A DNA stretch of 64,000 nt. Origin: Octopus vulgaris. Lineage: Eukaryota. The stretch is from contig OX597829.1 in assembly GCA_951406725.2 (NCBI GenBank), positions 19,716,001 to 19,780,000 on the forward strand. Direction: 5' to 3'. Below, piece after piece: positions 25,276-38,762 of the stretch (position 1 is its first letter; each line of letters opens with the position of its first letter). The position numbers and the translations under genes are program-made. Under the pieces are notes generated by a model that was not told the DNA's origin, did not search any database, and saw only the letters and a list, made by a program, of their open reading frames with translations.

Positions 25276-26597
25276 TCATCATCATTGTCGTTTAATGTCT
25301 ACTTTCCATGCTTGCATGGATTGGAAAGTTTGACTGAGGACTGCAAGCCAGGAGGCTTCAGCAGGCTCCAGTCTGATTTGGCAAGGTTTCTACAGCTGGA
25401 TGCCCTTCCTAATGCTAGCCACTCCAAGAGTGTAGTGGGTGCTTTTTACATGCCACCAGCACAGGAGCCAGTCAGGCGGCACTGGCATTGGCCACTCACA
25501 AATGGTGCTTTTTACTTGCCACTGGCATGGGTGCCAGTCAGGGGTTATTGGCATCAGCCGTGCTAGAACAGTGTTTTTTACATGCCACCAGTGTAGGTAC
25601 CAGTCACGTGGCACTGGCATTGGCCACACTCGAATTGTTTTTTTACATGGTGCCAATTGGTGGTACTGGCATCAGTCACGATTATGATTTCACTTGGTTC
25701 AACAGGTCTTAACAAGCATGCCGTATCACCCAATGATTGAAGGGTGCTTTCAAACCGGCAAGTCATGTGACACTGGCATTGACTATGACTATAATCTCGC
25801 TTGCCGGATCTTCTCAGGTACAGCATGATTTCAAAGGTCTTGGTTGCTTGTCATTGCCTCCATGGGGCCCAATGTTTGAAGGTTGTGCTTCACCACCTCA
25901 ACCCATGTCTTCCTGGGTCTACGTCTTCCATAGGTTCCCTTCACTGTTAGGGTGTGACACTTCTTCACACTGCTGTCCTCATCCATATGCATCACATGAT
26001 CATACCAGCACAGTTGTTTCTCTTGCACACCACATCTGATGCACACTGACATTACACATCCAGCGGAGCATACTAGCTTCATTTCATTCATGCCAACACG
26101 TGTCCTCAGCAACCACAGCCATGTAGTATGACTGTTTGCTCACAGACATCATACAGTCTACCTTTGACTCTCTGAATTTTGTCCAGCCTATTCTTATTCT
26201 AGCAGCTACATTCAGAGCATCCACCCACCTGCTACTGACTTGGTCACCTATGTAATGGAACCTTCTAGTTTTTTCCCCTGGCATGTGATGGAATCTGTTT
26301 TCTGTACATTTTTGGTGTTTATTGCACGTGTGCATCTTCCACACAACTATCTTCCCAGTTAACCTTCCTTTGATATTACTGCATCTCTTTATGTATCCAT
26401 AGTTTACACTGAGTACATTTTATGGAGTTTTCTACTTATGCACCTTTTTACAGGTTTAGCAGGGCCATCTACCTGAAGGGATTTGTGATTTGTCTGTCTT
26501 CCTAGTTACTAAGACTTTGGTTTTTGCTAGGTTAAGTCTAAGGCCCTTCAATTCTAGACCTTGCTTCCACACCTGAAACCTCTTCTCTAGTTCTGGT
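25276..26597 (-). mobile_element. RTE-like LINE 3' portion (degenerate RT plus tandem-repeat 3' UTR, (gat)n tail)
   Basis: Peptides ELEKRFQVWKQGLELKGLRLNLAKTKVL, ARIRIGWTKFRE, WYDHVMHMDE and GRRRPRKTW; 3' UTR shared with 32.4-33.3 kb. Confidence 0.8.
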
Positions 26598-26986
26598 CGT
26601 GACTCACACACACAACACACAAAATTTGTGTGATTCCAGGTCAGTCCCATTGCATGGCACCTTGGGCAAGTGTCTTCTACTATAACCTTGGACTGACCAA
26701 AGCCTTGTGAGTGCATTTGGTGGATGGAAACTGAACGAAGCCCATCGAATATATGTGTATGTATTTGTGTCTGTAGTTGTCCTCCAAAGCTGCCTGACAA
26801 CTGGTGCTGGTGTTTACACCCCCGTGACTTGGTGGTTCAGCAAAAGAGTCCGATAGAGTAAGTTCCAGACTTTAAAAAATATAAAAATGTGTACTGGGGT
26901 CAATACATTTGACTAAAATTTCAGGGCAGTACTCCAGCAATACAAAAGTCAAATCGCTAAAACAAACAATAAAAGATGTATGTATG

Positions 26987-27022
<36 letters not shown>

Positions 27023-27486
27023 ACTTGGAAGCGGATGTGTGGCGTTCCATCATATAATAATATATATGCATTATACATATGTATATGTACATGCATCTAT
27101 ACATATAAATATATGCATATGTGAGCACAGGACATCACAAAACATGTACAGTAAAAAAATACGAAGCACGAGTACATGGAACAGGAACTATTCTTTCGAA
27201 CAACAAAAGATACAAATGGTAAACAAAATAAACAATGTAAAGAACGACCCTTCATCAGTTGTTGGCTGTTTTCCATCTCGCATTTTGAGCATTTGACAAC
27301 AATATATGCTTTCAATAAAACAGTTGGTCCCGCAAAGCAAATTAAATAAAATTTGGGATTTTGCAGAGGGTCAAAATTGGTAACACAAACACTCTTCTCC
27401 CAAGGATAGATTAGGAAAATGATGCCGGTAGTAAGAATGGATATTCTTATCCCTTAGACGGTTATTCCAACTAGTAACTCTGCTCA

Positions 27487-28500
<1,014 letters not shown>

Positions 28501-28729
28501 TAATTAAGATTCTATTGAATTAGGTACTTAAATTGAGACACCTTGTTAGGTTTATCTAATTTGTACACCCAAACAATATCGGATGAATTTCAAACTCTGT
28601 GCAGAAGTTTTTGCATTTGATATTCTTGCAGTATATGTAGATAACTCTTGGTTGTTCATACATGTACTTTATATAAAAATACTGTCTCTAATATTTCCAA
28701 AGTGCAGATTCCTGGGTAGATGAATAAAA

Positions 28730-29200
28730 TATGAGTAACAGAAGATGTGCAAGTGTCAATTCATTACAACCGTTTCAAGCAATTCCTTTAATTGATTAAT
28801 GGAAACATTACATCATTGCAAAGAAACCGTTTTCGTCAGATGAATGCATAGATTTCAAACAGAAAGGACCGACTAACTGCTTTAACATATTTGTATCACT
28901 AACTGGAGCTCAAATATTTACATTGATTCTGCTGCCATTTCTTTGCCAAAGAAATATTTACATTCTCCTGCTATTTTTTGGGCAAAAAAATAGCAGCAGC
29001 AGAATCAATGTAAATATTTGAGCTCCAGTTGGTGAAACAAATATGTTAAAGCAGTTAGTTGGTCCTTTGTGTTTGAAGTCTATGCAGTCTTCTGACGAAA
29101 ATGGCTTCTTTGCATTGATGTAATGTTTTCAGTAACCAATTAAGGGAGTCACTTGAAATGGCCATAATGAATTGACACCTGTACATCTTTGTTACTCATT
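28730..29200. repeat. Inverted repeat with arms of about 210 bp (Penelope-like terminus)
   Basis: atgagtaaca.aagatgtgcaagtgtcaattcatta.. vs ..taatgaattgacacctgtacatctttgttactcat; TA tracts nearby on both sides. Confidence 0.9.
28759..28845 (-). ncRNA. Type I hammerhead ribozyme-like motif (decayed mirror on + at about 29086-29172)
   Basis: Minus strand: attcat CTGACGA aaac...gctt GAAA cggttg TA atgaat, with a perfect 6-bp stem I. Confidence 0.65.
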
Positions 29201-29219
29201 TATATATATATATATATAA

Positions 29220-29852
29220 GCATGCAGGACGGCCTGTTGTCCTTGAGGAGACCTATTGAGTCAAGTACATCAACAGCAAAATTAAACTCAAATGGATATT
29301 GTAGTTGTGATACCTGTGCCAGCGGCACGTTGGGCCTCACGGAGGAAATGACGAAAGACTTAGACCTCTGAGATATGCTGTGACTGCGAAGACCCGACAA
29401 ATGAAGTGAGTTCATGACTCGCAGGATGGCCTGCTGTGCTAACCTTAGATTGTAGGGTGACCTGCTATGCTTGAGGAGACCTATTGAGTCAAGTATGTCA
29501 TCATCAAAATATAAACAAATGGAAATTGTAGCTGTAAAACCCATGCCGGTAGCACGTAAAAAGCACCATCCGAACGTGGCTGGTGCCAGTGCTGCCTGAC
29601 TGGTGTCTGTGTTGGTGACACCTAAAAAGCACCAACTGATCGTGGCCATTTGGCAGCCTCCTCTGGTCCCTCTGTTGCGGTGGCATGTAAAAAGCACCTA
29701 CTATACTCACAGAGTAGTTGGCATTAGGAAGGGCATCAAACTGTAGAAACACTGCCAGATCAGACGAGCCTGGCGCAGCCTCCTGGCTTCCCAGACCCAG
29801 GTCGAACCGTCCAACTCATACTAGCATGGAAAACGGGCGTTAAACGATGATA
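29220..29852 (+). mobile_element. RTE-like LINE 3' UTR copy
   Basis: ggcacgtaaaaagcacc repeats and the family tail ccagcatggaaaacgg.cgttaaacgatgat. Confidence 0.75.
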
Positions 29853-31091
29853 TATATATATATGTATGTCTGACATAAGGTAATCAGTACATACAATTGG
29901 TGTTCAGGTTGATGCACTACTTAAAACTCCAACTTAAACTGCTACTAAAAGCAAGGATTGTTAATATTAATGACAATTGGCTATGGGCAGTTTATCAATT
30001 AAGCTGATATGTGTGCAACTGAATAAAAGTATAAACTAGCAAAACAACTGATATCAGGTTTGATATATTATATTTAAACATGATGGTTGAGTTATTACAA
30101 GAATATAGGTCATAAGGAAGCAGGAACTAAGCTGTGCAGATAGCCTGGTACAGCTGTTTCAAGAGCAGTCATGCAAATGTTGCATTTCCTTGCAAACAAA
30201 CTGTAGTTACCCATATAGAGATCTATTCCATCATCGGAGAGAGGTCTATGCTTTTATAATAACTGTACCCTTGTGTTTAAGTTTACAAATGTTATAATCT
30301 AACCTGATGCCATTTGTTTGCCTGTTTATACTTTTATATATATAGATGTATCTGCTTTCCATACTGACATTGGCAGGGTAGTTGACACAGGATTCATCAT
30401 GTCAGATTAACAGGTCTTATTTTAGTGATATGGTTTCTGGGTGGACCCTCAAGTTTATGATGTGTACAGGAAAGAGGGGTTTAGAATAACCAGGATTGTG
30501 AGTGGATAGATTTTGCATGAGAGTTTGGGAGAGTGAGAGATGGGTAATGGGTGCAAAGTATGTGGATGTAATGGATGAAGGTGTTGGGGGTGGGGTAACC
30601 ATTGTAAATGGTTGATAAAGGATGGTGAGGAGACTGATGGTGCATGAGGATGAAGAACAGCAGAATCATGATATCTATACATTACATAAGGAAAGGATGA
30701 GAAAGAGAGAGATGACAGTGTGGTTGGGTAGGTTGTTACAATGTAGAGCATTGTGCATGAGGAGAGTGAGAAATATAAGGTGACAGCAATGTAGGAATGA
30801 TAATTTTGGCTGGTAAGTAGAGTGATCAATGTAAAATGTGGGTGGGGAGGACATCACGTGAAATGGTTTGGTGCAAGGAAAAACTTCAGTTAGAGAAATG
30901 ATGGGTTGTAGGGGTGTCTCGAGGAAGCATTTTGCTTAAGAGTTCAGTTGTACGTGCACACGTACACACTGTGCTTTGAAATTTTTCACTGATTTGAGCA
31001 GGTCTTCTCAAGAACCACATATCAATACTTCTAGTATTTAGTTTCACCAATGTGGGTGGGTCTTCTACATATAAAGTATTTATGTAAGTTT

Positions 31092-31125
<34 letters not shown>

Positions 31126-31149
31126 AACACACCTGTATGTATATATATT

Positions 31150-31179
<30 letters not shown>

Positions 31180-31182
<3 letters not shown>

Positions 31183-31556
31183 TGTGGCACTGTTGGTTAC
31201 AACGAAGAGGGTTCCAGTTGATCCAATCAGTGAAACAGCCTGCTTGTGAAATTAACGTGCAAGTGGTTTGTACTCCACAGACATGTGTAGCTTTAACGTA
31301 GTTCTTGGAGAGATTCAGCATGACACGGAATGTGACAAGGCTGGTCCTTTGAAATACAGATACAACAGAAAGTAGAAGAAAAAGTGAGAGAAAGTTGTGG
31401 TGGAAGAATACAGCAAAGTTCGCCACCTCCCCTGCCGGAGCCACGTGGAGCTTTAGGTGTTTTCGCTCAGTAAACACTCATAACACCTGGTCTGGGAATC
31501 GAAACTGCAATCCTATGACTGCAAGTCCACTGCCCTAACCAGTGTCATTGCACCTA
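31180..31556 (-). mobile_element. tRNA-derived SINE family D variant
   Basis: Shares head and core (ctaaagctccacg.ggctccggcag) with 39218-39516 and 45580-45867. Confidence 0.7.
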
Positions 31557-32018
31557 CACATATATGAGAGAGCTAGAGATATGTTCTTTTTTATATATAT
31601 GTATGAATATATAACTGTGTCATCATCATCATCGTTTAACATCTGTTTTCCATGCTGGCATATGGTTTGACAAGATTTGGCTGTAAGACCATGCCAAGCT
31701 CTGTCATCTTTGGCGTAGTTTCTATAGCTGGTTGCTCTTATTTCAATCACTTTACAGAGTGAGATTGCCAAGTAACTTGGAAAGGAATGAGAAAGAAAAG
31801 AAGGAAAAAACTTTCTCAGTTATATAGAGGATGAGTTATTATTTGAGAGGGTTAAGGGGCAACAGTTTTGTGCCAGATTGTGTGTGAGAGACAGATCATC
31901 ATTTAATATCCATTTTCTATGCTGGCATGGGTTGGATAGTTTGATAGGTGCTGGCCAACTGGGGAACTGTACTAGGTTGCAGATCGAAACTTTAACCAGA
32001 TTGACCAGTGTGTATATG

Positions 32019-32050
<32 letters not shown>

Positions 32051-32319
32051 AGCGATAGTCTTCTTATTTACCTAAAACTCTATTCTATTATTCTATTTAT
32101 TCATTTATCTACTTTATCACTGATTTTTTTGACCACTCCCCTAAGAAAGACAGTTTGCGCCATGCCTACCCCAAAAAAGTCCCCCACCACCACCCCATTA
32201 AATCTGCCTAAATGTATAAATGCCAAAACTATTCTTGACACCAAGCTTCCTGATGATTTCATTTAAATGAAACAGTTCTTGTCCTGTAGAAGCTCCTTCT
32301 ATAAAATAAATTAAAATAA

Positions 32320-32356
<37 letters not shown>

Positions 32357-32361
32357 AATTT

Positions 32362-33320
32362 ATGGGCCATGATTGCTGAGGACATGCATAGGCTTGAAAG
32401 AAATGAAGCTAGTATGTTCCACTGAATGTGTAATATCAGTGTGCAAACATGACAAAGTGTAAGTGCTCTTAGAAAAAGTTGGGCATAAGAAGCATCAAAT
32501 GTGCAAGAGAGACGACTGTGTTGGTATGGTCATGTGTTACATATGGATGAAGACAGCTGCATGAGGAAGTGCCACTCTCTAAATGTGGAAGAGGCAGACC
32601 CAGGAAGACATGGGATGAGGTGCTGAAGCGTGACTTTTGAACATTGGGAATAAGGAGGCAATGACAGGAGACTGAGGCCTTTGGTATATGCTGTAATTGA
32701 GAAGACCCGGCAACTAAAGTGAGATCACAGCCATGGCTGATGTCAGTGTTGCATGTCTGACCCATTTAAGAGTACCCTTGATGTCTCAGGCAATCTGATA
32801 TGCTTGAGAAGATCTGTTGAGTCAAGTAAAACTAAAATCGTAGCTGTGGCCAGTGATCCCTAACTGGCTCCCATGCCAGTGGCACATAAAAAGCTCCATC
32901 TGTACGTGGCCGATGCCAGTACCCCCTGACTGGCTCCCATGTTGGTGGCATGTAAAAAGCACTATCCAAATGTGATTGATGCCAGGACTGCTTGACTGGC
33001 CCTCATGCCAGTGGCACACAAAAAGCACCATCTGAATGTGGCCGATGCCAGTACCCCCTGACTGGCTCCTGTGCTGGTGGCACGTAAAAAGCACTATCTG
33101 AATGTGATCGATGTCAGGACTACCTAATTGGCTCCTGTTTTAGTGGCATGTAAAACTCACCCACTACACTCTTGGAGTGGTTGGCGTTAGGAAGGGCATC
33201 CAGCTGTAGAAACATTGCCAGATCAAACTGGAACCTGGTGCAGCCACTGGCTCCCCAGACCTCAGTCAACCCATCCAACCCATGCCAGCATCGAAAACGG
33301 ACATTAAACGATAATGATGA
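32362..33320 (+). mobile_element. RTE-like LINE 3' end with 66-bp tandem repeats
   Basis: Degenerate RT C-terminus ([20 protein letters not shown]), repeat units at 32863/32929/32995/33061/33127, (gat)n tail. Confidence 0.8.
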
Positions 33321-34019
33321 TATATCTCTATATAATTGTTGGACTGATACAGAGAATGAAAGAGAGCAATCAAACAGGTGCAGGCATGGCTCCAGCTGTA
33401 CTAAAACTTAAAGAAGCCCATCTTGTGTGTGAATATATATCATCATCATTGTTTAACGGCCTTCTTCCATGCTAGCAATGGGTTTGCTGGTTTAATAGGA
33501 GCTGGCCAGGTGGGAGCCTGCGCCATGCTTCTGTATCTGTTTTGGCATGGATTTCACCGTTGGATGCCCATCTTAACACTAACTGAAGCAAATAAATGAT
33601 TAAAAGATAAATACCCTTAAATCATAGTTCACCATCATAAAAAAAAATTAAAATTACAGGGCACGCATAGTTGCCTCTACATAGAATGCATTTGATCATA
33701 GGTTTGCACAATCATGTCTCACTTGGAGCCAAACAGTAACAACTTAGGCAGCACTAATAAATGTATCTCTATGAAGTTATTTGACTTTCTAGAGATAGCA
33801 GCCAAATTTTCTTCAGTCATCACATTCTGCTGTCCTAAAAAAAAGGAAGTGGGAGCTGAATATTCTGAACCCCAAAGTTGTGGCCATGGCTGGAATGCAC
33901 TTGTTCAAAGCTTACCCAGCATTATTTATATAACAACATTAACAATATGTGTAGAGGTATATATAGAAATAATTAAATATAATTCAGCAAGCATGGCTGT
34001 GTGGTAAGAAGCTTGCTTC

Positions 34020-35611
34020 TGTGCATGCATTGTTGTCAGTGTTTTCTTTGCACTGCTAGGAGTCATGACACCAACATTATGAATTATTGAACAAGTGAAG
34101 CACAACTACAAGGTAAAGCGTTTGTTTTTTTTGGGGATTCAGTGGGAGTTTGTTGCTCGTGTTTAATTATTTTGTCAAACAAGAAATCTCCACTGAGTTT
34201 CTGGCAAATTGTCTGCCTGTAGTTGTGTTTAAAGTCTCACTTAGTGGTGAGAAGTGTGTTTTCGGGGCGTATCCCTCCTCCTATAATTATACTTATTTTT
34301 TTACCAATTTTTGGTGAAATTGTTGTGTGACTGTTTTATGCCCTTACCAAGTGGATTACTGAGTTAGCCAGGAGTACCAGGACAGCCAGAATAGTTTGAT
34401 GTGTTTTTGAACTGTTGTCTTCTTCCTTCCTTTCTGCATTTTTGTTTCTTTTAACTCTGTGAACTATTGTTTTTTTTGTGAACATTTTTCAAAAAAAATA
34501 AACATGGGAAAAAAGATAAACGACACTACGTTAGAGTGGGAGATTGTCCCACCAAAACAGTGGATGAAAAACGTTGAAGATAGGACAGTGGTGTTAAGGA
34601 CTTACTTAAAGTCGCTTAACACCATCGCCCTCTTTCAAATTGTAAAAGAGTTGGCAGAGTATTTGCCAACTATTAAATTCATCTCCAGTGGGGTCAAATA
34701 TGCAACTGTATGGTTGCTATTTTCCAAAAAAATAACATGGCAAAATGTTATGGAAAAGCCCTCCTCCTCCGGAGGGAGAGATGGAGGTAGAGACCCCCCC
34801 CCCCCCCAAAGAAAAGGGGGGGCAAAAAACAAAGAAGGTAAGCAACAATGGTTGCTCACCGAAGGACCCTAAAGCTGCGGGAGAGAGGGATGATCTTCCG
34901 GTTAAAGCAGAGGAACCACCCCCTCCTGTATCAAAGACAAGAAAAAAGAAGGAAAAGAATGGGACAGTGCCAGCGGTTAGCAGTACACTGCTGGCATGTC
35001 CCGAAACCTCATCAGTGGGAATTGTGCCACTGATGGAGGAAACTGTGGCCCCTTCCAATATAATAAATGAGGAATTTGTGATCTTCTTTCTTAAGGGAGG
35101 GGCCACAAAAAAATTTGTGAGGAATCTGGAAGGTTGGGAACAGGCGGTCCTGACCTGCACTGAAAGCAAGGATTGGCCTCAGGAGGTGGCTGCGGAGGAC
35201 ATGGAGGAAAATTACTTCTACAGGGTGATGGATTCCTTTACCAAGGATGAATATAATTATCTCTTATGTGACCCTGGCTTGTGACTGCAGGCGGCAAGAG
35301 ACTTAATCGGGGAGGTAGAGTAAGAGGTCTTAGTGCCTTGATTCGAACATGGAGATTGGTAAGAGGCTTAGCGCCTCAAGTTGGATATACTTTGCTAGAC
35401 TTTTTTTTGATTGGTAAGAGGCTCAGTGCCTCAATTTGTAATTGTTGTAAGAGGTTCAACACCTCATTTGCGTTTTTAAAAAAGAACAATGTTATCGGGA
35501 AGTAACAATCAGCGGGCGTTGGCTGCTTCCCCCACCAACCATCTCTTTTTTCATTCCATCATCATTGTGTCTGTGTCCTGCCTGCAAAGCTTCCATCTAT
35601 GTAATGAAATA
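34020..35611 (+). mobile_element. Non-autonomous L1/Tx1-like retroelement inserted in a SINE A head
   Basis: 14-bp TSD aagaagcttgcttc (34006-34019 and 35612-35625); ends in aataaa; frameshifted ORF1-like reading frames at 34504-34872 and 34745-35284; no RT. Confidence 0.7.
35320..35470 (+). repeat. Four spaced stem-loop repeats (gtaaGAGGY-n5-RCCTCa)
   Basis: gtaagagg starts at 35320, 35359, 35414 and 35447; stems GAGGC/GCCTC and GAGGT/ACCTC. Confidence 0.8.
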
Positions 35612-36339
35612 AAGAAGCTTGCTTCCCAACGAGGTTCAGTTCCACTCCAAGGTACCTGGGGCAAATATCTTCCCTGGGCCAACCAAAGTTTTGTGAGTAG
35701 ATTGGTAGGTTGAATATGAAAGAAGCCTGTTGTATATATTTATGTATCTACATCTATGTGTGTGTGTGTGTGTGTTTCTTTTATGTCTGTGTCTGTCCCC
35801 GCCACTGCTTGAAAGTGTTGGTTTGTTTATGTCTTCATAACTTAGTGATTTGGAGAAAAGATGAATAGAATAAATACTGGGTTTTAAAAAAATAAGTACT
35901 CGGGTGGGTGTGGGGGTGATTTTTTTGAATAAAATCCTTCATGGCAATGCTCTAGCTTGGCCACAGCCCAGTGACTGACATGAATAAAAGATTAAATAGT
36001 AGGTGCATTAATAAGTTGTTTTTTTTTTTTAGACAATGAATGTCCATTGTTTTTCATTTATCTATCCTTATATCTGCAATGTAATTCTGTTAGATCAGTT
36101 GAATACCCTTTCTGCCCAAAACTGATAATGAAAAAAACAAAAAAAAAAAACAATGATTAAAGGCTTTTAGTATGAATCACAAGCTCTTAAAACATATAAG
36201 TATGTACACATATTATAATTTGTCATTGATTTTATAAGTGGGTTAAATGCTGAAAATCTTGTAAACTTGACACAGTCATGTTTCTTTTTTTAGAAATTAC
36301 TCCTCCGCTGTTGTTTGCCGAAAATATAATCCCACCAAC

Positions 36340-36972
36340 ATGTCTCGTGCGATCCACCGTGGTCAGTTTATTGTCTTTGAAGGCATCGATAGATGTGGAA
36401 AAAGTACTCAAAGTCAAAAACTAAAAGACGCTTTTGAGAAAAATGGGAAGAAAGTTATCTTACAGAAATTTCCCAACCGTAAAACACTTACTGGATCCAT
36501 AATTGATAAATATTTAAAGAAAGAAGTAAATTATCCTGATCAATTCATTCACCTGTTATTTTCTGCTAACCGATGGGAATGTATGGCAGAACTGGAAAGA
36601 GCTCTCAATTGTGGCACATCTGTTATATTGGATCGCTACGCTTTTTCTGGGGTTGCCTACACTGCTGCCAAAGGTTCGCTTTCTCTTAAATGGTGCAAAG
36701 CACCTGACAGTGGTTTGTTAAAACCACACTGTGTTTTCTTTTTGAATCTCCAACCTGAAATTGCAAATTGTCGAAAAGGTGCAGGTGAGGAACGCTATGA
36801 GCAAGTTGAATTTCAAAAGAAGGTTTTGGAGCAGTTTATGAAGCTAAAAGATGAAACTTGGAAAATTATTGATGCTAACCAATCAGAAGACAAAATCTTC
36901 AGCAATATTTATCAGCATGCATTATCCCTTAATAATCAAGAATTGACAAAGCTTTGGACAACAGACTTTTAA
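36340..36972 (+). CDS. DTYMK: Thymidylate kinase (dTMP kinase), single coding exon, 210 aa
   Basis: RGQFIVFEGIDRCGKSTQ P-loop, FPNR, HLLFSANRWE, LDRYAFSGVAY and GEERYE motifs; intact ORF; acceptor tttctttttttag at 36293. Confidence 0.95.
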   Translation: MSRAIHRGQFIVFEGIDRCGKSTQSQKLKDAFEKNGKKVILQKFPNRKTLTGSIIDKYLKKEVNYPDQFIHLLFSANRWECMAELERALNCGTSVILDRYAFSGVAYTAAKGSLSLKWCKAPDSGLLKPHCVFFLNLQPEIANCRKGAGEERYEQVEFQKKVLEQFMKLKDETWKIIDANQSEDKIFSNIYQHALSLNNQELTKLWTTDF

Positions 36973-37029
36973 TAGGGATGGAAAATAAGTAATCGTTAGT
37001 CCTGCATTTAATCTTTGTAACCAAAATTT

Positions 37030-37035
37030 AATAAA
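37030..37035 (+). promoter_or_regulatory. Candidate polyadenylation signal of DTYMK
   Basis: AATAAA about 58 nt after the stop codon, followed by T-rich sequence. Confidence 0.45.
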
Positions 37036-37344
37036 TTATATGAAATCAGCAGTTACATCTATAAAATTTCTTTATTTTCACTTAAAGTTTATAACAACCA
37101 TTCCACACATTAAAATTTACGAAGTGGTTTCTACATAAGTGACCATCTCTATTTCATTCATATGAATTTATGGTTTTTTTTTGTCTGTTCATAAGTTGTC
37201 AGCAGACAAAATAAAATAAAAAAAACAATAATCCACTCTTAATTTGTATTTCTTTGTTTGAAAATATTAATCTTTTTTTTTTTTCCAATGATAACTTGAG
37301 AACTAAGGAGGGATTTAAATTCAATAAAAATAAAATATAGTCAC

Positions 37345-37665
37345 AGGTGTGGCTGTGTGGTAAGAAATTTGCTTCCCAACCAGATAGTTCTGGGTTCAGT
37401 CCCACTAAGTGGCACTTTGAGCAAGTGTCTTCTACTTTAGCGCTAGGCTGAACAAAGCATTGCGAGTTGATTTGGTAGATAGAAACTGAAAGAAGACCAC
37501 CATGTCTATACATATATATGTATGTGTCTTTGTCTCTGTGTTTGTCCCACAACACCACTTGTCAGTTGGTGTTGGTTTGTTTATGTCCTTGTAACCTAGT
37601 GGTTCAGTAAAAGAGACTGTTAGAATAAGTACTAGACTTTAAAAAAGAAAAAAAGTACTGGTGTT
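37345..37665 (+). mobile_element. SINE family A
   Basis: Family match; opposite-orientation copies at 38115-38440 and 39868-40250. Confidence 0.85.
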
Positions 37666-38436
37666 GAGAGGCTGGTTGCTGACAAATTCTACTTTGTATG
37701 GCTATTTTATCCTATCTCTGCTGTTCTATCAGCATTTATGCATTTGAAAATAGATTAGCATCTTATTTGTATCTCACAATACAAATTTTAATTTATAACT
37801 TACTTTTCTAAAATTAGGAAATGCAATTGTTTTTTTTTAATCTATACTAGCAATCAATAATTCAAATTTTGTTAATTTCATTTAAATTTCATGCAATCAA
37901 ATTACATTTCATGTAGTATGCCTGAAAAGTATCCCTGTTTTGAGACGTGTGGTATTAAAAACATAACTGAAGCATTGTAAATAATTTTTATTACCACACA
38001 GCCATGTGCAAATGCAGTTGCGTAGTAAGAAGTTTGCTTCCCAATCACATGGTTTTCAGGTCAATGGATTTGCTAGATGGAAACTGAATAAATCTATATA
38101 TTTTATTTTTTTTTTTTTACTTGTTTCAGTCATTAGGGGCACTGTCTAGAAGAATTTTTAGTTAAAAGAATCAGCCCCAGCACTTATTTTTTGTTAAGCC
38201 TGGTGCTTATTCTATCAGTTTCTTGCTAAATTGCAGTGATGTAAACACACCAACACCAGTTGTCAAGCAGTAGTGAGGGACAGACACACACACAACCGGC
38301 TTCTTTCAGTTTCCATCTACCAAATTCACTCACGAGACTGGTTGGTCTGAGGTAATAGTAGAATGCACTGCTTAAGGTGCTACCCAGTTAGACTGAACCA
38401 TATGACTGGGAGGCAAACTTACCACACAGCCACACC

Positions 38437-38476
<40 letters not shown>

Positions 38477-38623
38477 TATAAGTAGTTGAATGAATTATCT
38501 TAGTATGGATAATTCGGTTAACCGATACCTGGGTAGCAAATTCACGTCAGAAAAACACGGTTGAAGCTACATGCCAAGGGCAGAGATCACGTGCTTTCGT
38601 GTGGAAATTTGTGTGTTTTTTTA

Positions 38624-38762
38624 ATACAAATAAATGAAAGAATGGAGTTGAACGACGATTTAACAAAATTTCTTTATTCTCGACATATGTTTCGAAGGAA
38701 ACATATGTTGAAAATAAAGGAATTTTGTTAATTCGTCGTTCAACTCCATTCTTTCATTTATT

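Noticed and set aside
27200-27290. Complete hammerhead around minus-strand CTGATGA at 27252-27258
   Set aside because: Could not close stems I-III convincingly by eye
32863-33165. CRISPR array or repeat protein (ORFs with repeated LFTCH motifs)
   Set aside because: Contiguous tandem units with no unique spacers; the ORFs are translations of a LINE 3' UTR repeat
34060-34112. Plus-strand cassette exon (ctag|gagtc..caag|gtaaag)
   Set aside because: Inside the retroelement leader with a weak donor; no independent support
35320-35470. CRISPR-like repeat-spacer array
   Set aside because: Eukaryotic context, degenerate repeats, unequal spacers, no cas genes; lies in a retroelement 3' UTR
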